Source: a virus. Taken from it: a stretch of DNA of 64,000 bases. Below are positions 10,801-22,800 of the stretch, piece by piece (position 1 is the first letter of the stretch; each line of letters begins with the position of its first letter). The position numbers and the translations under genes are program-made. Location of the stretch: the IMG/VR virus record IMGVR_UViG_3300008262_000045, positions 4,710 through 68,709 of that record; one strand, given 5' to 3'. The notes under the pieces were generated by a model. That model did not search any database. It was not told the origin of the DNA and saw nothing but the letters and a program-made list of their open reading frames with translations.

Positions 10801-13800
10801 ATCGACGCCATGAACGCAGGCACAAACCCAGCGGGCAACGCTATTATCCAAGCGGCCAGCGAGCCGGGCTTGCATCGCGTGTGGTATGGACATGATTTCG
10901 CGACAAACTTAGACAATGTGGTTGCCGAGTTTGGCTGGACAGCGGTTCCTGAATTTATCGGCCAGCTATTGAAAGACAGCCTTACCAAGAGCGGCATCCC
11001 CTTCCCCGGCGTGGAGCTTTTGGTTCAGTCCGGCGCTGTCAGTGATCGTACTGCAACTGATTGGCTCTCCACTAACATTGGCGAGGTATTCGGAGGCGGA
11101 CTAGCGTTCCTTGGGACATACAAGCTCTACAAAGCAGCCAAGGGCGGCAAGTTGTCTAAACCCCAGGTTCTTTTTGCCACCGTAGGCATTGGACTAAAGA
11201 TGGTTTCGGGCGTGATGACCGCGCAACCATTCTTGGTACTCTCGGGGCTTGCCGATACCGCGATCCTTGTAACGAATCTGGATCAAGTTAAGTCTGCTTT
11301 CCAAAAGGGCATCAAGGAGTTCAACAAGAAGCCCAAGGCTGTTCGCGACCTTTACGAGCAAGTTGCTCCGCCGGCATCTTCCCCTACTCAACAAACTTTA
11401 CCGCAGGATGGACAAGAAGTTAAGTCGCTAGGCTCATATCCTGGAAACGCGGGTGCAAATCCCGCTCCTGCTACCAATCAAGGCATTGAGGCCACGCCTC
11501 CGCCGCTCCCGCCAGAAACATTCGAGGCTTTACCACCGCCATTGCCGCCTGAAAGCCGCACCGAAGCCACCCCTCCCCCGCTCCCAAGTCAAGAGGGTGA
11601 AGTTGCCGCACCGGCAGAACCAAAGATAAAGATGAAGCAGGCGGCAGATCGCCTTGGGATTACACCAAAGGAACTGCTTGTGCTGGCGCGAGGCGGGACA
11701 ATCCCAGCGCAAAAAGACGGGAGCAATTATCTATTCAGCCCAAGCGACCTAACTGCTTACGCAGATAAATTGGCGGCAAAGACAAGCGACATTGCTACGA
11801 AACTGCAAGCCACGGACGCCAATACAGCGACGAGCAAAGATATTGATTCGCTTAAGAATCAGGGCTATGTCGAGATGCGGCGTGGTCAGCCGGTTATCAC
11901 GGTCAAGGGGTATGATCTACTTGCTAAGCAGGGAGTACAGCCAAGCATGACCCGCAAGGAGCGCATCGAGCAAATCGAGGCGGAGTTTAATACGCAGCAA
12001 TCCGAGAAAGCGCCCGAGATCGAGTTGCATCCACGGGTTAACAAGCAAGGGAGGTACTATATTGTTCCTGGGCCAAACGGATCGTTGGCCGCGACGATTA
12101 GTGACGCAGATGATGCCAAAGCGAGAGAGAAGGCTAATCAAGTTGCGCTGGAGTTTGAGGCGAGAGAAAAAGCCATCAATGATGAGCTTGCAGCGGAGCG
12201 GGCCAATCAACAGCAGCCGGAATCTCAAGACGAGTCTACTGATGCAAGTCTTGTCCCCCAATTCAAGAAGGCATTGATGCAGAAGATGAAAACCATCTCT
12301 GACTTGCGAGATCAAGAGAAGTTGACACCAGAAAGCAATAAGACGCTTATCAAGCAAGTTGCCGAGGTTGCCAACAAGTTAGGGATGCAAGAAACGCACC
12401 CCGGATCATTGCTGTTGAATTTCAGTACGGCTCCAGGGTTGCTGATGAAACGACAAGCCGACTTGATTACAGCGGTTCACGGAATGATGGAAGGGCAGTC
12501 TATCTCGGTTCAGCCTGTAGAACTAAATGCCAAGGGAGGCAAGGGAAGTCCTACCGAGCTAACCGGCCTAGAGAACAGGACGCTTTCATGGGGTGAAATG
12601 ATTTTGTTGGGCGCAATGGAAGCCAAGCCTATGCCAGATGGTTCCCTTGAACTGACTCTTGGCCAATCAGCCGTACAGATTAAAGAGCGGTTAACTCAAG
12701 AGGAAGCCGAGGCCGCTGAGCAGGAGTATTACGATGAATTAAAGGCTGAGCTTAACATTATCTCGGCTGGACAAGACGCAAGCCCAACAGGCCGAGAGTT
12801 GTTGGATGCTATTGAGGAAGCCGGCGGACTTCCGTCACCCAACAGCGAAACAGAGCAAGAGTTTACCGGCGAACTAAAGACGCTATGGGAAAGCGCAGGG
12901 GCTATGGGCAAAGGGGCTTACGCTGGCAAGGGAGTATTCAGAAACAATATATTCCGACTGAATGCGCCGCCACTGGATAAACTGGCAGCACATCTCCGTG
13001 GCCACGGGTTCTCTGTTTGGGGAGCAAACGACATTTTTGAACTGGTAGATGCAAGGTTTCGTTCAAACAAGCCCATGTACGGGACTTCATGGCAGGATGA
13101 TGGCGGCTATCGTGCGGTTGCCAGCAAGACGCCACGCAAGGTTGTTTCTTGGGATATCCCAACGAGGAACACAAACACAGAGTATATCCTCAATGGCCTG
13201 ATTGCTGGCCGCGGCCAACCCGTAGGGATGTTTATTCCAAACTTCGATGCTGATGGCAACTTGATGGCCGATACCCTGCCAGCGGAGGGAGATATTGAGT
13301 TCAGGCACTTGGATGCACCGCTTGGAAGTGAGAACGAGTATCTGACCAAGGATCAAATGCGTGAGTTGATGGAGATTCGCGCAACAGACACAAGGTTCTG
13401 GAATCGCAACTCATTCGAGATTCGTGAAATCAGGTATGCCGATTCTGATAAGGCGTTTAAGAAGACAGACAGACTCCAGATGCCCGAGCGCCAAGTTACG
13501 CTTTCAAACGCCGTGGTTTCAGAGAAGCCCGGCCCTGTATTCATCAAGAAAGCCTACCACGGCACACCGCACAAGGTAGATCGGTTCAGCACATCCAAGG
13601 TTGGCACAGGCGAAGGAGCGCAAGCCTTTGGATGGGGCTTGTACTTTGCCGAGGCATGGAAAGTCGCGCAGTCCTATCAAGACAGGTTGTCGGATTACTC
13701 ATCCCCTGGACGCTACACATGGCAGGGCAGCACATACGAGTCAGACAACTACAAGTCGCCAGAGCGTCATGCCGTGTCATTGGCTTATCACCAAGGGTTG

Positions 13801-16800
13801 CCACAGACCAAAAAGATTGCACAGCTTGGACTCCGCGATGCCAAGAGGGGCGAGCCTTACGCGATTGAGCAAGGCGGTATCCCTTACTATGAGCGGATGT
13901 TGGAAGTTGCGCGGTCTATCAAGTCACAGAAGGACATTGGCTTTGTGCAAGGCAACATCTACTCCGTGGAGTTGAATGTAGATAATGCCGACTTGCTCGA
14001 TTGGGATGCGCCTATATCGAAGCAATCAAAACAGATTAGAGCTTTCTTTGAGCCTGTATTGGCAAAGCGCAAAGAAGAAATGGAATCCAAGAGTAGCATC
14101 TACACTACTCCGATTGATGAAACGATTAACAACGCCACAGGCGCAGAAGCCTACGGATGGCTTGCCTCCGCAACGCAGTTAAATAGCCAGCAAAAGGCAT
14201 CAGAAGCGTTGGCCGCAAACGGCATCATGGGCATTCGCTATCTGGATGATGGAAGCCGCGACATCCCAAAGATTAAATGGAATGCCTACAACGGCTTTCG
14301 GATTGAGGCTCCCGGCTCAAGGACTCTCATCGAGGAAGGCACAACGAAGGAAAATAACTTGTATGCGTATGTTTGGCCCGCAGGGGAAGGCAACTGGAAG
14401 GCATCGTATGAATCCAAGGCTCCCGGCGAGGTTGTGGACAACCAGTTTGGGGAGTTTGCCAGCGAGAGCGAAGCCAAGGCCGCGATTGCGGACAGGTTCA
14501 AGCAGACATCAAACTTTGTGATCTTCGATGAGAACTTGATTCAGATCATCGGGCAGAACGGAGAGCCGGTTGGCAACGCTAGTGTTCTATCAGCCAAGCC
14601 TACCGCCGCACAACTTAAAGCCGCGCAAGACTACACGGCCCGCAATGGAACCAGCGCAGGAGCCGATATCGTTGCCCAGCAGGTTGCTAATGTGACATCG
14701 CCATTCCGTCAGGACACATATCAGCTGGACTTGTTCGGGGATCGTTCACCTATTGAACCAGAGAACGCGCCAACGGAAGTTGAGGCAGACGAATACGCCT
14801 TGCTTCTTGAGTCAGGCTTCAAGGGGAATTGGGAGGCTCTCGGTAAGGTGATTGCCAAGCAGGGCAAGGCCAGCGTGATCATGCCAGAGTTGATCGACTC
14901 CAAGATTCCTGCATGGAATCCCGTAGGGACGCTTGTTGAAAAGCCGGCTGACTTCGCCGCGCTGATGTTGCCGATCCGCACACCGTATCACGAAATGCTG
15001 AAGGTGGCGATACTGGATGATCAAAACAAAATCGTAGCCGCGCAGATTGTTAGTGTTGGCAGCGTGAATGAGACTGTTGCTCACTCGCAGAATATCTTGG
15101 GCTTCTTGTCGCGGTATCGTGCAATGAACCCTGACTCCGACGAGCATCGGATTATCATTTCGCACAACCATCCAGGGGGCGATCCTACACCATCACCGGC
15201 AGATTACAGGGTTCAGAAAAGTTTTGAAAAAATTGCAGACCTATTGGATTACACCATTGCTGACCATGTGATTACAAATGGGAAAAGTTATTTCTCATTT
15301 AAGACCGAATCAACTAACCAATTGGAAGAGGATAATGCGGCGTGGGAGAAAGTCAGCATTTCAGATTTGCCTACTCTTAATTCCAGCGAGCAACTCGCCA
15401 AATTGACGCAATCGCTGGCTCAATCCAACCCGAACGCATCGCATATTGTTTTCTACAACACTCGCAATCGCGTTATTGCCGTTGAGCAATTCGACCCGGA
15501 TGTTCAAGTTGAAACTGATCTTGGGCTATCTGGCTCGCCGGGGAGAGATGGTAACGGCGGGACAGTAGTGTTGGCACAACAAGTCTTTGATCGTGCGGCC
15601 CTCTACGGAGCCTACTCATTCAGCTTGGCACTTCGGAATGCAGGAGATCCAAAACTTAATGAATCCGTGGCAAGCCCAACAGCTAGTCATTACCGCTTTA
15701 TCAAAGCGTTGAATGACAGCATTGAGCCGTTGCAGTTGCGTATGCTTGACGCGATTACAGTTGGAAGCAGTGACTACTTCTCATGGCGCGAGGCTGGGTT
15801 ACTGAGAGAGACGGATGGGCAGTCCCCCATGTTTGCGAAGTCACGCCCGACCTCCCCTCACCAGCTTGATCTTTTCAGCAACAATTACAATGCGACAGCA
15901 ACGCCTTGGACTCCGAGTTGGCAGAAGGAGGAGGCGCAACAGACGGAATCCTCCGACGCCGCGCCAGAGGATGGGTTGAAGTTGGTAACTCAAAAGCCAA
16001 CCGGGATAATCGAGGATTTCGGCGAGAAGTTAGAAGGCGCACGAAAAGACATTTGGAGGCAGTATACGGATGCGCTTATGGCCGACCTTCCAGAGGACGC
16101 CCGCGAGATTGTCATGTCCAAGCACTTCCCCGAGCCGGACTATGAGGCAATGATTTTAAGCGGCATGGAGCCGGAGCGCGTAGCCGCGATGAAAGCTCTC
16201 CGCGATCTTGTCCCAAGGAAACCCACTCTTGGATACAAGCTCCGGCGCTGGACGGAAATGGTTGGGCAGATTCGCGGCATTGTGCAGCGGTTGGTTGATC
16301 CTAAAGACTCAATCACGATGGAGCGGTTCAATGAAATCGTGAATAGAATCAATTTCCGCGAACTTCGCGATGCTGCTGATTTTTATGCCGCGCTTGGCTT
16401 CCCGTATTTTATGAAGGCCAAGGGCTGGAAGCTCCGCCAAAGTAGCGAATATACTCGCTGGAACGGACAGCCGCTCGAAAAAGGGAAAATCGTTTCCCAC
16501 ATGGAGCAAGAACACCGGGCGTTTACCAATCTTTCCTCTGTTAATAATGATGGAGATTGGAAGCAGGGCTACAATTCCGTTATCCAAAAATTCCGTGAAT
16601 ACCTAGACGCGCAATCAGAAGCTCCGAAGGGAGAATCCAAGATCGACTTCAAGTTCTACAAAGACCGCGCAACCGGCGAAGTCTTTATCGGTAAGAAGGG
16701 CTTGAGCGGAGTGATCCGTATGCAAACAGGCTTTACCGGCGTGAAGGAAGCCATGGCTTGGTTGGCAGACAACTACAATGAGCTTGCCCTGAAATGGGAA

Positions 16801-19800
16801 GGGATGAAAAAAGACCCAGCCTTACGCCGCGCCATTAACGATCCAAGAAGCGGCCCGACTCGCCGTGAGGGAGATGTTACGCCGGAGCAGTTCAGCGAAG
16901 CCTTTGGATTCCGAGGAGTCCAGTTCGGAAACTATGTCGAAGGTGATCGCCGCCAGAAAGACCTTAATAACGCCTTCGATGCGTTCATGGACATGGCCGA
17001 TGCTCTTGGCGTCCCTGCTAAAGCTCTATCCCTAGACGGCTCTTTAGGCTTGGCTTTCGGAGCAAGAGGTACAGGAGGCAAGCGCCCTGCCGCCGCACAT
17101 TACGAGCCTAGCCAAGTTGTCATCAATCTCACCAAGAACGCTGGCCCAGGTTCCTTGGCGCACGAATGGTTCCATGCGCTCGATAATTACTTTGCCCGCT
17201 TGGAAAAAACAGGCAGCACCGCGCCTAAAGCAATAGATTCCTACGCAACAGAGAATCTAGGACTACGCGCCGGCATAATGATGAACAATCGCGGCGAGGT
17301 TGCCGGATACAGGTCAGACGCTCAAAATGTCCGGGCTGAAATTGCCGAAGCCTTCCGGGGCGTTCGTAATTCCCTTGGCGGCGACTTGGATGCCAGAAAC
17401 CGCAAGCTCGATGCCGCACGATCCAAGCCGTATTATTCCTTAACGATTGAGAAAGCGGCCCGCGCCTTTGAAAGCTATATTGTTGATCGACTCGGTAAAA
17501 CCAGCATCACGAACGACTACTTGGCGAACATTGATCCGTTCTCGGAGGCATACCCAACCCAAGCAGAGTTGGATAACGGAATCCGGCTGGCCTATGACAA
17601 CCTCTTTACCAAGATGGATACCCGCCAAGGTGAGCGTGGAACGATGTTGTTTGCCAAGACACGCGGCTTAAAAGCCATCAACATCAATGACACCGATCAG
17701 GACTTTACCAGCCAAATTTTGCGTGGAGAAAAAACCATCGAAACCCGTCCGACACCTTCACTCTCGCCATATATCGGCGAGCGCGTCGGCTTGATTAAAA
17801 CGCACGATAACTCAAAAAGATTCCCTGCTACCTTGGTTGGCTACGCGACTATTGGAGAACCAATATTCTACCCAGACGAAGCCAGTTTCCGCGCCGACGA
17901 AGACAAGCACTTGGTTAAAAAAGGCACATTCCACGACATTAAAGAGGGAAGCGGCAAGTATGGATACCCACTCCTCGATGTGCAAACAACCGCGCCTACA
18001 GAAATGGGCGACGCTCGCGGCATTGTAGCAAGGAATTTAGATTCCGTTTTTATGCGCCTCGCGCAAAACCCCGAGGCCAACCGCGAGCAGTTACAGCAGA
18101 TGGTGGATGAGGCGGCGAAGAATAAGGGATACAATGTTAAGGCTTATCATGGAACAGACGCTGCTCCATTTTCAGAATTTGATCCCAACCTTTCTGGACA
18201 AGCAACAGGCATAGAAAGTGATTTTTCTTTTCATTTTACAACAGATAGAGATCGGGCAAGTAGATATGGAGAACGAGTCATGGAGGTCTGGTTGGATATT
18301 CAGACTCCGATGGACATAAATATTAAAGACAGGACAAACAAGGTTTGGAAAAATTATGGATTGCCTGCGCCTAGACCTGGAGAATCAATAGACACATATT
18401 ACGATAACAATATTGAAAAAATAACAGATTCGCTTTTCTTTGGACAAGAAATAGATATTATTATCCGCGACAACAACCATGCACATTTTGTGGTTGGAGA
18501 CAATAAAGCAATCAAATCCGCCGATCCCGTCACCTACGACGCCAACGGCAACATCATTCCGCTCTCCGAGCGTTTTAACCCTGAAAGCGAATCTATCCTG
18601 TTTGCCAAGGCTCGGCCAACACAGGATAAAGGCTTTTATCTTAAAAGCGCGGAATTGCTGGACGCGAAAATCCAAGGGAAACAAGCGACGCTGGAGCAGG
18701 TTCAGGCGCTCCTGCAAAACCCTCAAAATGGCATCAAGGCCGAAGAATTGAAATGGACGGGCGTAATGCAGGAAGCCGAGCGCCTAGCCAATGAAAACAA
18801 CGGCAATGTGCCGAAGGAAGACTTACTCGATTTTCTTGCCAAGGATGGCGCGGTGGAGTTGCGTGAAGCATTCTTTGGAACGCTTGCACCAACCACGCCT
18901 GCAACTCGCCTTGGGGTAGCCAATTTGGAAGGCAAATTCATGCAATGGGCCGATGGGCTAACCTCGGAAAACATCAAATCCATTGAGGATGTTGGCTTCA
19001 CACTTCAAGAATTTCCATCAGATATTGATCAAGTTGCAAGTGAAGCCAGATTTTCTCAATACCAACTCCCTGGTGGCGAAAACTACCGGGAGGTCGTGCT
19101 GGCGATGCCGCTTGATCCAATTAGCGAAAAGGGAAAGCGCTGGCAATTTATAGATCAAAGGCTTGATGTACTTAAAGAAATGGCAAAAGAGCTTTTGCCG
19201 CTAGAGAGTGTTGACCCAATCGCAAAAAAGAAATTAGCGGAAATAGAAGATGAGTACGCCAATTTGGCCGACGAGATGGCGTCTATACCAATCAGAGAAG
19301 CGCAGGTCACCTCAAGTTACACATCCTCTCACTTTAACACCCCTAACTACATAGCCCACATGCGCCTCAACGAGCGCACAGATGCCGAAGGGAATGAAGG
19401 CTTATTCATTGAGGAATTGCAGTCTGACAGGCATCAGGCAGGCCGACGCCAAGGATATGGTGAAACTTTTGCAGTGATGACGCCGCGACCTTTAATGGAA
19501 GGCGGCGGCAAAAAAGAGGTTGCCTCTTTTGACACACGCGCCGAAGCGGAAAGCTATGTTTCGCAAAATCGCTCACCCCTCAATAATCTTCAAATTGTTG
19601 CCAAATCAGGCATCCCAGACGCGCCGTTCCGCACAAGCTGGCCTATTCAACTTTTTAAACGCGCATTGCGTGATGCGGTTGTATCAGGAAAAGATTGGAT
19701 TGGTTGGACTGACGGCGAGACGCAGAACGATCGCTATGATTTAAGCAAAAGCGTGGACACCATCGAGGTTGAAGCGAGGGATGGCGCGTTCCACGATGTG

Positions 19801-22800
19801 CGAATTTTCGAGAAGTCCGGCAGCGTCATCGACTTGGAAGTTGATGGAGGAATGGTCAAATACGGACAATTCGCAAACAAGCGATTGGATGAGATTATCG
19901 GTAAAGACATGGCGGATAAAATCCTAGCCGTGGAAAACGACACCGCTGCTGATTTTTCCGGCATCGACCTCAAAGTCGGCGGCTCCGGCATGAAAGGCTT
20001 CTACGACAATATGGTTCCAAAGGAAGTCGCCAAGTATGTGAAGCAATGGGGCGGGAAGGTCGATAAGTCTTCAATAGGTCAAGAGATAACCGAAAATGAC
20101 TTGGGAATGGAAGGTCTTGAAGATGCAACTCCAGAAGAGTTAGCTGAATTTGAAGCAACTGGTAAAGTTGTAGGAGAAACTGTTCCAATCTGGCGCGTGG
20201 ACATCACCCCGCAGATGCGCGAAAGCGTGGAGAGCGGCCAGCCGCTATTTGCAAAAGCCCGCCCAAGCGCCCCTAGCAGTTCGCTTCCGGGCAACTATCC
20301 AGACACCCTGGATATTGTTGTTCGCGCCACCAAAGTTGCCAAACTACGATTAGCTGGTTTAAAAGAAGGAGAATCCACAGTCCCGCTTGACCCTTCTCCT
20401 GTGCAGGCTGGCAGGAGTCCAGACCTAACGCCAGTTAGCCCATTGTACAAAGCGGCGAAGCACGGAAGTAGCATGAGCGCGGCATTGGATATTGCTGAAA
20501 TGTTTGCGACTGCCCCGCTGGTTGAGTCGATTAAAGAACGGCTCTCTCCCGACAAGCCGGTTGTTTTTGTGCCGGTTCGCCATTTTGATCCAGGCCTTTT
20601 CCATAACGCCCTTCCTGGTGCGTTTGCGACTGTATTAAGAGACAGAATCCCAAATAGCACAGTTGACACAAACATTCTTAAATCAGGAGGAATGTCCAAT
20701 ACCAGCGTTTCCACGGCGCAACGCATGGGCAACACCCAAGAATTTACCGGCCCCGTCGATCCCGATGTTCAGTATGTCATCGTTGACGATGTTTATACCA
20801 GCGGCAACACAATCACCGCGCTGATTGACCATATCGTTCGAGCTGGCGGCGAGGTTGTCGCGGCAACAACGATTGCTGACAGCCAATCGCAAAATTATCT
20901 GAAACCCCGCCCGCAAGATGTCACAAAACTTCTTGACCGGTCCGGGTTGATAAGTGAATCATTCCAGAGTGAAATTGGATTCCCCATCGAAGCCCTTACA
21001 GGAAGCGAAATCTATCGAATCGCTAACCTTGAACGAAACTGGACAGGCTCCGCGTTTATCAAGGAAAGATTTTCAAAGCGATCTGGAATTTTCGCAGAAC
21101 GAAGCCGTCTGGATGCAGAACGAAATGGACAGGCTGATGTCCCTGCGGCGCTCAGCGTCAAATCAAGAAGCGTAGCTGAGATTCCAAATATCAACGAACT
21201 GCCAGAAGGCATCACGGTATTTTCAGGTGCGGGCCTTGTTGAAATCGGCCTGCAAGGGTTGGTCACTCCAACTTTCGCGGTAGAATATAATCCCGCAATA
21301 GCGCAAGCCTATCGCGCCGCGTGGGGCGACCATGTACAAGTTGCCGACATCCGTTCCGTTTCAATGGATGGACAACAAGGGAAATTCTATTATCACGCTT
21401 CCCCTGTCTGCAAAAACTCTTCGCTACTAAAAAGCGAATCAACGGGCGGCGGCGAAAAAGACTTGGACATTGAATCGGCTCGCATTGTTGCAGAACACAT
21501 CAAGACGATTCAGCCGCAAGTTGTCACGATTGAGAATGTCGCCGCTTACAGGAAAACAATAGCCGCGCAAGCCATCCGCGACGCGCTAAATGAGCAGGGA
21601 TATACCTTCGATGAGGGAATCTACAACGCCGCCGACTACGGCGCACCAACGGCACGACGCCGATATTTGCTTCGAGCCATTAAAGGCGGAGCCTTGTTGC
21701 CAGAAGCAACGCCAGTAAAAGGGCCTGGCTGGTATGAGACAATCAAGGATATTATTGATGAATTGCCAGACGATTCGATTGAAAATGCGGCATACATCAA
21801 GCGTTCATTGCCGGAGCAGGGAGTTGATTTAGAAAACATCACCGAACCGCTCTTGGTTAGCGGCACGACGCTATTCAAAAAAGTAGCGTTCGCTAGACCG
21901 ACACAGCCGGCGTTTACATTCAAAGCAACGCCTGCAACCGTTGATCGAATCCTTTTGCCAGGAGGGCGGGTCAAACGAGTAACCGCAAAAGCCAAAGCTC
22001 GAATGACCGGCGTTCCCGATTCCTTCCCATTGCCTACTGACGAAAAGGTAGCTCTGACAATCATAGGAAATGGCGTCCCTCCCGCGCTTGTTCGCAATGC
22101 TTTTGGCCCTGTGATTGAATATGCCCGGACACGCCAAGCTCAACAGCCTCTTTTCGCGAAAAACTCTGCTCGGTCTATGCGTGGCGACACAACAGGCGAC
22201 CTGTTCGGAGATCAGACGCCGTTTAATCTTGTTGGCGAAATGTTGCCGCCGGAGGCTCCGGCAAAGCCTGATATTGTCGTTGATGCACAGGCTCGCCAAG
22301 AAGCCTTCCGCAAGAGCGGGCAAGAAGATGTTGGCGATTTGTTTGCGCCGGCATCCGCCGAACGCATCGCCGCCACCGCTGTCATTGACAAAGATGGGGT
22401 TGTTTTGAGTTCACCTTCCAAAACTCACGCGGAGATAATGGAAGAAACAAAATTTGATCTCGACGGCGGAGAGTTTCCGCCTACGCAAAACTTTGGTTTT
22501 GTTACTACAAGTGGCCGTTTTGTGGAGCAAAAAGAAGCCCAGCAGATCGCGCAGCAAGCGCGGCAGGTTCAAGGCAATCAGCCGATCTCGGGCGAGATTG
22601 TCACCGAGTTGCAACGCGAAGGTTTGCTTGCGCCCGCGCAGAAGCCCGCCCCTGCAACTTTGCCAATCAATGAAGAGTTTGGCTTCACTCAAGAGATTGA
22701 TGCCCCAATAGAAAAAATCAAAAACAACATGGTTCGCTTTGCTTCCGGCATGAGCGGATTAAGCGACCTCGGAGCCGCAACCTATGTTCGCGGAGGTATG

